The notes: generated from the letters alone by a model not told the origin. 64,000 nt of DNA from Nitrospirota bacterium (GCA_963845245.1 CAWJRJ010000014.1:96001-160000), one strand, 5' to 3'; shown: positions 1 through 10,456, counted from the first letter of the stretch. Program-made: numbers and translations.

Positions 1-2
1 GG

Positions 3-767
3 GTCGCACCGCCGTTCCTTGCGGAGGAATGGGATAACTCCGGCCTGCAGGTCGGCGACCCGTCTGCTTCAATATCATCCGTGCTCATCGCGCTCGACCC
101 TGTACGTGAAGTGGTGGAAGAGGCGAGAAATATCGGCGCGGGCCTTCTGATAACGCACCACCCGTTCTTCTTCAGCCCGGTAAGGTCCCTGGACCTCTCA
201 AAGGGGCAGGGCGCACTGCTGAACATTGCCATGCGAGAGGGCATCGCCATATATAGCGCCCATACAAGCCTCGACAAGGCCAGGCCGGGTGTGAGCGACG
301 CCCTTGCAGGGATATTGGGGTTAAAGAAGACCGGCCCGATCGAACAGGACCTGGGCTGGCCATCCGGTATTGGACTGGGGCGTGTAGGCGACCTTCCGAA
401 GAAAATGAGCTTAAGGGAACTAGCGCTTAAGCTTAAAAAGGCACTGGGTTCCGACGGGCTGAGGCTCATGGGCGACCCTGAAAGGCTTGTCAAGCGGGTT
501 GCGGTCTGCGGTGGCAGCGGCGCAGGGCTTATTGACGCCGCATTGGCCGCAGGGGCGGAAGCCTATATTACAGGCGACATAAAGTATCACGAAGCGCTTT
601 ATGTATCTGAGGCAGGCTTGGCCCTCATGGACGCCGGTCATTTTTATACCGAGAGGTATTGTCTGGACTGGTTTGCGAAGGCCCTTAAAGGGTTGTTCAA
701 TGAAGCAGGCTTCAGGATAAAGGTTGAGGTTAGCGGGGTGCAGTCCGGGCCCTGGATGGATTTATAA
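3..767 (+). CDS. Nif3-like dinuclear metal-centre (YbgI/GTP cyclohydrolase I type 2 family) protein, 5' partial
   Basis: Frame is open from position 3 (..LAEEWDNSGLQVGD..); motifs THHP, HTSLD, CGGSG, TGDIKYH, DAGHFYTE. Confidence 0.93.
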   Translation, partial: VAPPFLAEEWDNSGLQVGDPSASISSVLIALDPVREVVEEARNIGAGLLITHHPFFFSPVRSLDLSKGQGALLNIAMREGIAIYSAHTSLDKARPGVSDALAGILGLKKTGPIEQDLGWPSGIGLGRVGDLPKKMSLRELALKLKKALGSDGLRLMGDPERLVKRVAVCGGSGAGLIDAALAAGAEAYITGDIKYHEALYVSEAGLALMDAGHFYTERYCLDWFAKALKGLFNEAGFRIKVEVSGVQSGPWMDL

Positions 768-781
768 GGGAGGGGTAACAA

Positions 782-1516
782 ATGGTAGGCACAGGAGGGG
801 ACGTGTTGGAAGACATCAAGATTCTTGTAGGGTTGCAGGAGAACGATACCGAAATGTATCAGTTGGAGAAGAACAGGCAGAGGCTGCCCAGGCTGGTGGC
901 GCTTGCCAGGGAGACACTCGATAACGTCGAGGCTGAGATGAACGCGGCCAAGGCTGCGCTTGATGCGGCAAATGCCGGGAAACGCGATGTCGAGAGCGAG
1001 CTTCAGACGGAAGCAGTGCACCTGGAGAAGCTGAAGGCGCGCAGTTCCGAGATAAAGAACAACAAAGAGTACTTCGCCCACCTGAAAGAGATAGAGGACT
1101 GCCAGAAGAAAATAGCGAAGATGGAAGAAACCTCTCTTGAGTTTATGGAAAAGGTCGAGAAGGCTGAGGCCGAGCTTGCGGAAAAGAAGAAGCTCTTCGA
1201 AGAGGAAGAGGTCAGGTTCTCCGAGTCCAAGACGAACATAGAGAAGAGGTTCGTGGACGGCGACATAAGGATTGCCGAGCTTAAGGCCAAAAGGGCGGAG
1301 ATCATCCCTATGCTCACCAAAGAAGTGTTCGACTACTACGAGTTGAACAGGGAGAGGTACCCGGATTCGGTTGTGGTCGAGGCGGCTGACGGGCTTTGCA
1401 CGGGCTGCAGGTTGATGTTGCCCCCTCAGATATTCAACAACGTAAGGAAAGGCGAGACCATAGTCAAGTGCAATAACTGCCGCCGTATCCTGTTCTATAA
1501 AGAAAAAATCGGGTGA
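782..1516 (+). CDS. Coiled-coil protein with C4-type zinc ribbon (DUF164/CT398-like)
   Basis: Long coiled coil followed by CTGC..CNNCRRIL; usual position downstream of nif3. Confidence 0.9.
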   Translation: MVGTGGDVLEDIKILVGLQENDTEMYQLEKNRQRLPRLVALARETLDNVEAEMNAAKAALDAANAGKRDVESELQTEAVHLEKLKARSSEIKNNKEYFAHLKEIEDCQKKIAKMEETSLEFMEKVEKAEAELAEKKKLFEEEEVRFSESKTNIEKRFVDGDIRIAELKAKRAEIIPMLTKEVFDYYELNRERYPDSVVVEAADGLCTGCRLMLPPQIFNNVRKGETIVKCNNCRRILFYKEKIG

Positions 1517-2106
1517 CCTTGAAAAAATCCGAACTGCTGGAGTCCTTCTCAAAACACTTGAGTGTCGAGAGGCTTTTGTCCGATAACCCCGGCCTGACAA
1601 AGGAAATGTTCTCAGCCCTGCTGAAGGAAACAGCCGGGGCTGTCGGCCACGGTATGATCCATAAAGCTCCAGCCCCCGCAGCCTCTCCAAAAAGAGGCGG
1701 AGCGGGGCGGCTTCGGATGTTCACCGACGGCGCCTCGAGGGGCAACCCCGGTGAGGCGGGCATAGGAGTCCTGATAGAGGATGAGAGCGGTCACATAGTA
1801 AAAAAGCTCGCCCGCTACCTGGGGAAGGCCACGAACAACCAGGCGGAGTATACCGCGCTCATCGACGGCCTGAAGGCCGCAGCCGAACTCGGCGCAGACG
1901 AAATATCCGTCTTCGCCGACTCCGAACTCGTCGTCAAACAGATGAAGGGCGAGTATAAGGTAAAAAACGCCGACCTCCAGGAAAAGCATGGAGAGGCAAA
2001 GAGGGTTGCGTCAGGCTTCAAAAAAGCCAGCTATACTTACATCCCGAGAGAGAAGAACAAAGAGGCCGACGCACTGGCAAACGAGGCGATAGACAAGAGA
2101 CTGTGA
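1513..2106 (+). CDS. rnhA: Ribonuclease HI family protein with N-terminal extension
   Basis: TDGASRGNPG, TNNQAEY, DSELVVKQ and REKNKEADALAN motifs. Confidence 0.9.
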   Translation: MTLKKSELLESFSKHLSVERLLSDNPGLTKEMFSALLKETAGAVGHGMIHKAPAPAASPKRGGAGRLRMFTDGASRGNPGEAGIGVLIEDESGHIVKKLARYLGKATNNQAEYTALIDGLKAAAELGADEISVFADSELVVKQMKGEYKVKNADLQEKHGEAKRVASGFKKASYTYIPREKNKEADALANEAIDKRL

Positions 2107-3617
2107 CAAAAAATCTTAAACTGTCAGTCTTCTATATACTCATATTCCTGTCGCTTTGCGTTATCCACCTGTCGCTTTTCAACTACGCTTACGACGATGC
2201 ATACATACATTTCAGGATAGCCGAAAACTTCCTCCTCTACGGTAAGCCATATTTCAACCTGGATGAAAAGGTGATGGCCAGTTCTTCACCCGGCTGGACC
2301 CTTACGCTCCTTGCGTTGTTTTTCATGACCGGTGTCAAGCTCAAGGCGGTTTCCATCTTCAATGCAGCCGTTACTGCCCTGGCCGTTTATGTCTATGCGC
2401 GGGTGGTGGATGAGGCTGTAGGCGTTGGTAAGACATCGCATGACGCGCTTGTTGCGCTGGCATTACTGCCGATACTTGCCTACTCAAATATCGGGCTAAT
2501 GGAAACTTCGCTTGCGCTGCTTCTTCTGGGAACCGGGGTCCTTCTATACCTCAGGAAAAACAGCGTAGCCTTTCTGTTTTTTGGGATCAGCGTTTTTTTC
2601 AGGCTTGAACTGGCGGTCTTTGTGTCGCTTTTTCTGGCCTTCAATGCTTACAGGAAGGCCGTGCCGGTCTGGAAGTCGTGCCTTTATTCGGCGCTTGGCG
2701 CTGCCCCGTTTATTGCCTATGCATATTACTACTTCGGTACGATAATACCCCAGCCTGTCCGTGCAAAGCCGGTCGTTTTCTTGTTGAGCAGGGCTGATGT
2801 GATTGAGCTGGGGGTTCCAGGCTTTTTCTTTGAGGGTAGCAAAGGGACCATAATCGAGTCTGTCCTGTTGGCGATGCTGTCTTATATAGTATTCAGGACC
2901 GCCCTTAAGTACAGGCACAGATTCGAACAAGATGTCATACTGCTGCTGTTGTCCGGCAGCGTGTTGATCTTCCTGACGTATTTCTTCAAAAAGACATATA
3001 TCTGCAACTGGTACTTGCCGCTTTATTATGCGCCCTTTTTTCTTTCATCCCTGATATATGTGCTGGACAAGAGGAGCGCCTTGCTTGGTGCGTCATTAAT
3101 AGCAGCGTTTTTGCCTGTTGGTGCAAACTTCTGCATTACAGCATATGCTTCGGTTTTTGATAAATCCGCCTATCCGATATATAGTTACGAAGCGAGGGTC
3201 CAGAAGTACCTTGAAGTCGGTCGCAGGTTGTACGAAAGGTATCCGGACTATACATTAATGACCTCGGAGATAGGTGGACTTGGGTTTGCCTTCAAGGGTA
3301 AGGTCTACGATGGAGTAGGGTTGATTTCGGAAGGCGCTTTAAAGTATCATCCCATGAAGGTGCCTGAGCAAAGGCCCACAGGTGATTTCGGATCTATACC
3401 GGCAGGTTACATAAAAGAGATTCAGCCGGACATCATTGTAAGTTATGATGTTTATATGGATGGGCTCATCACTCCGGATGTTCTTGACAAATATGTCAGG
3501 ATCAAAGATGACATATACGCGCCAGAGGATTTGAAAATGTTGAGGGATAAGGGGCCTTTGCCCGGCAAGCTGCTATCCATACTTATTAAAAAAGGGCGTT
3601 ATACAAGGGGATATTAG
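2103..3617 (+). CDS. Polytopic membrane protein, probable GT-C type glycosyltransferase
   Basis: About 11 hydrophobic segments; N-terminal YDDAYIHFRIAEN acidic loop; GLMET motif; C-terminal soluble domain. Confidence 0.6.
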   Translation: MTKNLKLSVFYILIFLSLCVIHLSLFNYAYDDAYIHFRIAENFLLYGKPYFNLDEKVMASSSPGWTLTLLALFFMTGVKLKAVSIFNAAVTALAVYVYARVVDEAVGVGKTSHDALVALALLPILAYSNIGLMETSLALLLLGTGVLLYLRKNSVAFLFFGISVFFRLELAVFVSLFLAFNAYRKAVPVWKSCLYSALGAAPFIAYAYYYFGTIIPQPVRAKPVVFLLSRADVIELGVPGFFFEGSKGTIIESVLLAMLSYIVFRTALKYRHRFEQDVILLLLSGSVLIFLTYFFKKTYICNWYLPLYYAPFFLSSLIYVLDKRSALLGASLIAAFLPVGANFCITAYASVFDKSAYPIYSYEARVQKYLEVGRRLYERYPDYTLMTSEIGGLGFAFKGKVYDGVGLISEGALKYHPMKVPEQRPTGDFGSIPAGYIKEIQPDIIVSYDVYMDGLITPDVLDKYVRIKDDIYAPEDLKMLRDKGPLPGKLLSILIKKGRYTRGY

Positions 3618-3670
3618 CTGTTTAAGCAGTCAAAAGCCCTTAGGCTTCGTCAGCCGGGCCAATTAATATA

Positions 3671-3699
3671 TAGACCCGCCTTCGATTATCCCATATAAT
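3671..3699 (+). promoter_or_regulatory. Sigma-70 promoter of rnpB
   Basis: TAGACC-17 bp-TATAAT ending 6 nt before the RNase P RNA P1 stem. Confidence 0.7.
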
Positions 3700-3705
3700 A
3701 GGATT

Positions 3706-4087
3706 GAACTCAAAGCCGTCCGGGCGGCCGCTGCTTTTGCGCAAGCAGGAGGAGAGGAAAGTCCGAACTCCGCAGGGCAGGGTGCTGGATAACGTCCAGG
3801 GGGGGAAACCTCACGGAAAGTGCCACAGAAAACAGACCGCCCCGTAATGGGTAAGGGTGAAAAGGCGAGGTAAGAGCTCACCGCCCCGGTGGCGACATTC
3901 GGGGGCAAGGCAAACCCCACCCGGAGCAAGACCAAATAGGGGGACGTTTAAGGGCGGCCCGCCCGTGTCCCCGGGTCAGGTCGCTAAAGGTCCCGGGTAA
4001 CCGGTACCGTAGAGGAATGGTCGCCATCTCTTTTCCCCCGAAAGGGGAAGGGATACAGAATTCGGCTTACAGGGCGGCTTTGAGTTC
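3706..4087 (+). ncRNA. rnpB: RNase P RNA, bacterial type A
   Basis: Conserved GAGGAAAGTCCG, GGAAAGTGCCACAGAAA, GGTAAGAGC, GAGCAAGACCAAATAGG and ACAGAATTCGGCTTA; terminal complementarity GAACTCAAAGCCG / CGGCTTTGAGTTC. Confidence 0.98.
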
Positions 4088-4112
4088 TACTCTTACCATA
4101 TCCCCAAGCTTC

Positions 4113-4313
4113 TCAACCCCGGCTGCGTCCAGAATGGCTTATGGCCTTCTGCTCGTCGGCCGCGTTTACGCGGATTGCAAGCCCGCAGTCGGAGCTTATG
4201 TCCCTGGGTTTTGTGACTACCTTGCAGGCAAGGCCCGCGCCCTTCAGCGCCCTTTCGGCCTTGAATGTGAGGAACGTGCTTTTGAAGACTATTACCTTGA
4301 ATGTATCAGACAT
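4113..4313 (-). CDS. DUF3343 family protein (3' end possibly frameshifted)
   Basis: F-x-ST..KAE..LK and PRDISSDCGLAI motifs. Confidence 0.8.
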   Translation of the reverse strand: MSDTFKVIVFKSTFLTFKAERALKGAGLACKVVTKPRDISSDCGLAIRVNAADEQKAISHSGRSRG

Positions 4314-4350
4314 CTATTCGCCCTTTTGTGTATGACCGGAAGCGGCTCAC

Positions 4351-5181
4351 TCACAGGTATTGAAGACTGAGTGTACCCTTTTCATGTTTGGGTATGATCT
4401 TCTGGAGCATCTCGATGATACCCCTTCCCATGCCCGTGATGATCTCCGGGCCGAGGTACGAGTCCGCCGTCGGGTCGAACATGACCCTCAGCTTCGAAGG
4501 AAATTCGTCCTCCTCCCGCCAGTAGAGCACCAGCATCGGCACATTGGGGAGCGGAAGCAGGGCTACCGCGTAATCGGCATCGAAGCCACCGACGCTCGTT
4601 CCTCCGAAAATCCTGAGAAGCTCGAAGAAGACGTCCGTGTGCTCGTCGGCTATGACCCTGAGCGGCTCCTCGAACCTCTTCGAAAAATAACCCACCGTGG
4701 TGGCTCCGCTCTTCAGCTCGCCGAAGGGGACCCAGCGGCCCTCAGTGGCCATTGGGTCTGGCGTCGAGGCGTATGTCAGCACAAGCCACTGTATCCAGTT
4801 GTTGACATGACACTCGGAGGATATAACGCCTTAGTCGTCCAACAGAAACTCCCTGCCCAGGACGCGCACCGAGAGCCTGTCCGTCTTTGAACTCCGCGCC
4901 GAGCCTTGGGGCGGCGGCCTTCAGGTCCGTGACTGCGTACCTTGTCCCTGAGCGCGCCTATGGATTCTAAAGCCGGAAGCTGCAAAGCCACCAGACTGGT
5001 CCGCGTCGTCCATACGCCTGCCGATCTTTTCGGCTGCGTCGCCGCTTAAGTGGGGGCAATCTTCCGCGCCTTTGACGCCAGATGCGGCGGACTGGGCGAA
5101 CGCCATGCATGTGGCAAGGCCGCACTCACCGCAGTTTGACTTGTTCAGGAGTTTGTATATTTCCAGCAGTTGAAGGGCCAT
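4351..5181 (-). CDS. Fe-S cluster domain + DUF3786 protein, split into three frames
   Basis: N-terminal NCGECGLATCMAFA..CP (4921-5181); middle piece 4776-4991; C-terminal LPLPNVP..WREEDEFPS..FD (4351-4782). Confidence 0.75.
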
Positions 5182-5199
5182 GTAGATGATTCCGCCGGG

Positions 5200-6342
5200 T
5201 TAAACTGAAGAGGCGATGGCCTTTACCGCCTCAACCGCCCGGTCTATCTCCTCGGCGGTGTTGAAAAAGCCCGGGCTCATCCTCACTGCACCCGTCGGGT
5301 AACTGCCGATCGTCCTGTGGGCGTCGGGCGCGCAGTGGATGCCCACCCGAACCGCAATATCATATTCTGAATCAAGGGCGTTACCGACAGCCGCGGGGTC
5401 GACCCCTTCTATGTTGAATGAGACCACGGATGCCCGCCGTGAAGGTTCCTTCACTCCGTATATATGTAGGCCTTTTATCGCCGTGAGGCCGTCCATCAGC
5501 CTGCCACAGAGCATAACCTCATGTCCCCGCACCTTCTCTATGCCTGTTTCCATAATGAACTCGATACCCGCACCCAGCCCGGCAATCCCCGGCGTGTTAA
5601 GTGTTCCGGCCTCGTGCCTGTCCGGAAGGAAGTCAGGCATCTTCTCAAGGTCGGACCTGCTGCCTGTCCCGCCGAATACCACCGGCCTCAGCCTCAGCTT
5701 CGACGAGATATAGAGGAATCCGGTCCCCTGCGGGCCGTATAGCCCCTTGTGGCCGGGGCAGGCCAGCATGTCTATCCCGAGCCTCTCGACGTCTATTGCC
5801 ACCGAACCCGCCGTCTGTGCGGCGTCCAGCAGAACCGGAATGCCAAGGCCGTGTGCCGCTTCGGCGATTTCTTTAACGGGAGTAATCGTCCCGATAACGT
5901 TTGATGCGTGGGTTATAACTATAAGCCTGGTCTTGTCCGTTACCGCTCCAAGTATATCCTTGGGATTTAAAACCCCCTCATTGGATGCGGGGACTTTCGT
6001 GACGCTCACGCCCGCCTGGGAGAGGAACCGTAGCGGTCTGACGACTGAGTTGTGCTCCATGGTGGTGGTTATGCACTCATCGCCCGGCTCAAGCAGGCCG
6101 TTGATTGCGAGGTTAAGCGCCGCAGTGGCGTTTGGGGTGAAGATGATCCTTTCGGTGTGGGTTATCCCGAAGAACCTTGCAACCGTCTCACGTGCCTCGA
6201 ATATCACCCGGTCGGCCCCTATCGCCATGCTGTGACCGGAACGGCCGGGGTTTGCCGAAAGCGTACGCAGGACGAGGTTAATCTTTTCGTAGACCGTTTC
6301 CGGTTTCGGGTGCGATGTGGCGGCGTTGTCGAGATATATCAT
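5200..6342 (-). CDS. Cysteine desulfurase / selenocysteine lyase (class V PLP aminotransferase)
   Basis: IYLDNAATS, MEHNSV, DAAQTAG, PGHKGLYGPQG, EAGTLN, RVGIHCAP. Confidence 0.93.
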   Translation of the reverse strand: MIYLDNAATSHPKPETVYEKINLVLRTLSANPGRSGHSMAIGADRVIFEARETVARFFGITHTERIIFTPNATAALNLAINGLLEPGDECITTTMEHNSVVRPLRFLSQAGVSVTKVPASNEGVLNPKDILGAVTDKTRLIVITHASNVIGTITPVKEIAEAAHGLGIPVLLDAAQTAGSVAIDVERLGIDMLACPGHKGLYGPQGTGFLYISSKLRLRPVVFGGTGSRSDLEKMPDFLPDRHEAGTLNTPGIAGLGAGIEFIMETGIEKVRGHEVMLCGRLMDGLTAIKGLHIYGVKEPSRRASVVSFNIEGVDPAAVGNALDSEYDIAVRVGIHCAPDAHRTIGSYPTGAVRMSPGFFNTAEEIDRAVEAVKAIASSV

Positions 6343-6349
6343 GAACCCC

Positions 6350-7418
6350 CTAGTCCCTTACCCGCATTATCACCCCGAGCGCAAGCACGAATGCAAGGCC
6401 CAGGAGGGTGGATATCTGGCCCAGGTGGGAAGGCCCGGAGTTGCTGCTGGTTATCCCCCACGACTGTACTATGGCGCCCCCGGCTATCATCCCGAATACG
6501 GACGCGCCCGCATCGGCACTGCCCTGGCCTGCCAGTATAAGCTGGCGGAACGGGCAGCCGCCTATCATTATGGAGGTGACGCCTACAAGCGCCATGCCGA
6601 GGAAGCTCCAGCCGTAGGCAAGGTGCGAACCCGGCTGGCCTTCGAAGCCCGGCGAGAATGAACCGCCAAACCAACCGGCCAGGAAGGCGAAGAATACCAT
6701 GGAAAGCAGGCCCCACAAGTAACTTTGTGTCGCCAGAGACGATGAAGTTACCGATGCTGCCTGTGACGCAGAAACGGGAACGCTGGGCAAGGTAGCCTAT
6801 AAACAGGCCGGAACCCAGGGCCAATGTGCCGGGGGCTCTCTGCGCCCCGGGGCCTGTAGAACTGAAGTAGAGAAAGTCGGGTTTTATGACCACTGCGGCC
6901 ACGAGGGCGGCCATGAATATCGGTATTATAAGGCCGTTTATGAAAGGCAGGGGTCTGGTGTCGCCCAGGTAGAAGCCGCGCCTAAGGAACACGTATCCGA
7001 CCCAGATGCCAAAGACTAGGCCGGCCACTCCCGCTATGGCGGTGAAGTCGCCGTCAGTAAGCCTCAGCACCATCTTTATGGGACAGCCAAGGAATATCGA
7101 GCAGCCGACGATGAGCAGCACCCCGGCGAGGAACCTGAGGATGGGAGACGAGCCGCCTTCGGGTTTGAACTCCCTTGCGATCAGGGCCGCAAACGTCCCA
7201 CCCAGGACGAACCCCAGAAGCTCGGGCCTTATATACTGCATCCTGTTGTTTGCGTGCAGTCCCAAGGAGCCCGAGAGGTTCTCCATGAAGCAAGAGACGC
7301 AGATACCGGAATTCCTGGGGTTTCCTTGGAAAGCAAGGAAAACTCCCAGTAGGCCGATGGCGCTGCCCGTCGCCACGATTACGATTATTTCTTTATGTCT
7401 GCGCCAGAAATTTATCAC
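6350..7418 (-). CDS. YedE-family putative selenium transporter (YeeE/YedE superfamily), frameshifted near 6710
   Basis: GNPRNSGICVSCF, YIRPE, FLGCP, QRSRFC; the C-terminal GGCPFRQLILAGQG lies in a second frame (6350-6790). Confidence 0.85.
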
Positions 7419-7472
7419 TTATACCTGATGAATAATAGTCTTTTACTATAGTTTTAGACGGATTTCCGTCCG

Positions 7473-8001
7473 TTATTCGCATCCCCCGGCAAGCATCCGC
7501 TCAAGATATTTGGCGTCGGTCAGGGCTGCTTTAGCCTTCTCGTCGCCGGGGTTTTTGACGAAGTGCCTCGGTAAACTGAGGCATGCCCTCCTTGACCGTC
7601 GCCTTTATCCTTTTGCCTATGAACCTGGGAGACTTGTTGTCAATGTAGTCCGGATCGATAAGCAGGGCTAGCCGGAATTCCCTGACTGCGGAAGGATAAT
7701 CCATCAGCCTGGAATACCCTTGCCCAAGAAGCGCATGCACTTCACCCGAGGCAGGGTTTGCGGCCTCCAGGGCAGTTAGCGACCCGACCGATTCTTTCAA
7801 CTGCCCGGCTTCCATCAGGAGCCTTGCGGCCTCGACCTTTTGGATCAAGTCTGGGGATGGGACTGATGAGCATGTCTTGGCATATGCAGCACGGGGCCTT
7901 GTAGTATCAGCGCCTCCGGAAATGCCGTAATAGACGGCAGCCCCTGCAAGCAGGGCGGCTGCGGTGAGGTTCAGTATATCGAACCGTTCAAGTTTCATCA
8001 T
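7473..8001 (-). CDS. Membrane-anchored TPR protein; true C-terminus probably ..KYLERMLAGGCE* via a frameshift near 7540
   Basis: N-terminal hydrophobic helix and TPR-like helices; an alternate frame continues to TAA at 7473-7475. Confidence 0.65.
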
Positions 8002-8925
8002 TTAGAACTTCTGGTATGGAGGCATATTGCAGGCCTTGGCCATCTCCCGGACCGTGTCGTAATCCGAGTCCTTCACGTCGGCAAAACCCTCTACCATTGC
8101 CGATTTAAGGACCTTGAGTTTTTCCCCGTCATATTCCACGGTGTCTTCGGGCTTTATTGAAAGGATGGTATCCTTGAACTTCTTCGCCAGGTCTTCATCT
8201 ACGTTCTCGCAGACGCCGAAGCTGCAGTACGGAATCGGCTCGGACTCGGCTATTATCCTGAAATCGCCTGGGTCTATCTTGCCCTGTTTTGACATCTGCT
8301 CGAAGTCGAGCATCGGCACTGCTGCCGCGTCAAAATCCCCGTACATCAGAGAGAAAAGTATCTTCTCATGCTTGAACGAACCCTGCGGTGTCTTTATTAT
8401 GATATCCTTCTCCGGATCTATCCCCTGCTTTATAAGCATGTAAGACTGTACAAGATAACCGGTCGGCGCAAAGATCGGCCCAAATACCATCCTCTTGCCC
8501 TTGAGTTCGGACAGGGTCTTGATAGGGCTGTCCTTCAGGACCATTACAGCGCCGCTGGACTTGTTCTTGTATTTGCCGTTTACATCGCCGGCAAGTATCT
8601 CGACCCCGTACTTCTTGTTTAAATCAATATAGAGCAGTGAGTTGGTGTGGGTGAAGTCCACCTTCTTGTCACGGACGGCCTGATCGAAGTCTATGGTGTC
8701 TATGGTTACAGGTACTACGTTCATTCCGAGCTTTTGGGAGAGGTATGCTGTAAGTGGCTTGAACCTTGCTTCGGTCTCTTCCTTGCTGTTGCAGATCATA
8801 AAACCTACCCGCACGGTTTTCTTTGCGGCCTCGGGTTGGCTTTCCTTGCCCTTGCAGCCCGCGAACGAGGCGGCCACAGCTATAAAGACTACCGCGAGGA
8901 CTGCAGGACGAAATAATTTGAACAT
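8002..8925 (-). CDS. PhnD/SsuA-like periplasmic substrate-binding lipoprotein
   Basis: Lipobox FAGC; F-x-PL-x-x-YLS..LG, SPIKTLSELKGK, FAPTGY; start MFKLF chosen because of GGAG upstream and the sigma-54 promoter position. Confidence 0.85.
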   Translation of the reverse strand: MFKLFRPAVLAVVFIAVAASFAGCKGKESQPEAAKKTVRVGFMICNSKEETEARFKPLTAYLSQKLGMNVVPVTIDTIDFDQAVRDKKVDFTHTNSLLYIDLNKKYGVEILAGDVNGKYKNKSSGAVMVLKDSPIKTLSELKGKRMVFGPIFAPTGYLVQSYMLIKQGIDPEKDIIIKTPQGSFKHEKILFSLMYGDFDAAAVPMLDFEQMSKQGKIDPGDFRIIAESEPIPYCSFGVCENVDEDLAKKFKDTILSIKPEDTVEYDGEKLKVLKSAMVEGFADVKDSDYDTVREMAKACNMPPYQKF

Positions 8926-8955
8926 AAAACTGGCTCCCATAAATTAGTGATAAAA

Positions 8956-8971
8956 AGCAACAAACGTGCCA
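8956..8971 (-). promoter_or_regulatory. Sigma-54 (-24/-12) promoter for the leftward operon
   Basis: Minus strand TGGCACGTTTGTTGCT matches TGGCACG-N4-TTGC(A/T) exactly. Confidence 0.85.
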
Positions 8972-9063
8972 AGCCTGTTTATTTTATCACAGGCTTTTTT
9001 TAAAAAAAAGAATTTTCGGGTCTAATACTTACATACGGTTTTATGGGACAATCAAGGGATATG

Positions 9064-9152
9064 TGTGGCAATAGTGTCCCATTTGCCAATTAATGACAAA
9101 AAGTCTTTATTAATTAAGATAAATATCCGATAAATGTGGCATATAAGTCCCA
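9064..9152. promoter_or_regulatory. Two 18-bp imperfect palindromes, candidate enhancer (bEBP) binding sites
   Basis: TGTGGCA-ATAG-TGTCCCA (9064-9081) and TGTGGCA-TATA-AGTCCCA (9135-9152); extra half site TGGGACA at 9044-9050. Confidence 0.6.
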
Positions 9153-9247
9153 TATGTAAATCGTTCTTGAAGAACGCTATATCTGCGCTAGTTTTTAAGT
9201 ATCTGTTTTTAAAGTATTTTATTCTATAACTTCCATCTTGGGGCGGA

Positions 9248-9263
9248 TGGCAGAACTTTTGCA
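9248..9263 (+). promoter_or_regulatory. Sigma-54 (-24/-12) promoter for the rightward yeeE operon
   Basis: TGGCAGAACTTTTGCA, GG-N10-GC spacing. Confidence 0.75.
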
Positions 9264-9343
9264 ATATTAATGCAGTGGTTTGGTATTTTTATTGGGGGAG
9301 GAAGGCTTTTTAGTCGGATATTAATCAAGGAGGTCAGGTTCAG

Positions 9344-10456
9344 ATGATGCTGATTGCTTCCGGTGTTTTAACTGGTTTTCTGTTCGGTTACGTGCTGCAG
9401 CACGGGCGCTTCTGCATGAATACTGCGTTTCGGGAGGTACTCCTGTCAAAGGATTTTACCGTTTTCCGTGCGTATATTGTTGCGCTTCTTGTCTCGATTG
9501 TGGGCGCGAACCTTCTTGATCATTTCGGTTACATGCACCTTAAGTCCTATCCTTTCACCTGGGTTGCCAACGTGCTTGGCGGTTACCTCTTCGGGATAGC
9601 GATGGTCATCGGGGGCGGTTGCGCATCCGGTACCCTCTACAGGGTCGGCGAGGGCATGATAGGTTCGTGGTTTGCGGCCATTGGTTTCATGATAACAGCT
9701 AGCGCGACCCTCTCGGGCTTTCTCCGCCCGGTAGCGGAGTTCTTCTGGTTCGGCCCCGGTTTCGATCCGTCAAACCCGTCTACCGCCAAGTTTATGTATT
9801 CTGTTGTCGATGCAGAAGGAAACCCGGTACCTGTCAACCTGTACAACATAATAGGCGTCAACCGCTGGATAGTCATCTGCGTCCTTGGCGCTGCCGCGCT
9901 GATCTTTATCGCGAAGGGCAAGTTCAAGAAACCCGCAAACCAGAAGGGGTTTGTCTGGTGGACCACCGGCATCATGATAGGCCTCATAAGCGTAATGGCT
10001 CTTTATACTTCGGAAGTTTATGGCGGTTTTGCTCAGGCCAGGGGTATTTCTTTCTCCGGGCCGTATAACGAGCTTGTTGCATGGTTCACAAACTCCGGAA
10101 ACCTGGGCGACCTGAAATCAATGGCGGGTGCCGCACCCGACGCAGATCTCGGCTCGCTTGCAAAGGTTGGAACCGTGACCTGGAGCCTGTGGCTGCTCCT
10201 TGGCATCGTGCTCGGTTCCCTGACATCCGCCATTTCTACCAAAGAGTTTGGCTGGCGCGCACCAAATGCCAAGACACTTGTCACCCAGTTCGGCGGCGGC
10301 CTCTTGATGGGTTTTGCAGGCACACTGGCAGGTGGCTGCAACGTCGGCCACGGCCTGACCGGCATGGCGTCGCTTGCGCTGGCAAGCCTTGTCAGCCTTA
10401 TCTTTATAATACTTGGATGTTGGACTATGGTCTACTTCCTGTTCATCAGGGATTAG
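9344..10456 (+). CDS. YeeE/YedE (TsuA-like) sulfur-compound transporter
   Basis: GRFCMN, GGCASGTLYR and AGGCNVGHGLTG conserved Cys motifs; multiple TM helices; SD AAGGAGG. Confidence 0.92.
   Translation: MMLIASGVLTGFLFGYVLQHGRFCMNTAFREVLLSKDFTVFRAYIVALLVSIVGANLLDHFGYMHLKSYPFTWVANVLGGYLFGIAMVIGGGCASGTLYRVGEGMIGSWFAAIGFMITASATLSGFLRPVAEFFWFGPGFDPSNPSTAKFMYSVVDAEGNPVPVNLYNIIGVNRWIVICVLGAAALIFIAKGKFKKPANQKGFVWWTTGIMIGLISVMALYTSEVYGGFAQARGISFSGPYNELVAWFTNSGNLGDLKSMAGAAPDADLGSLAKVGTVTWSLWLLLGIVLGSLTSAISTKEFGWRAPNAKTLVTQFGGGLLMGFAGTLAGGCNVGHGLTGMASLALASLVSLIFIILGCWTMVYFLFIRD

Noticed and set aside
644..1690. 348-aa minus-strand ORF
   Set aside because: Antisense shadow of the well-supported zinc-ribbon and rnhA genes; no recognisable motifs.
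3663..3935. 90-aa minus-strand ORF
   Set aside because: Lies on the reverse strand of rnpB; a typical spurious call.
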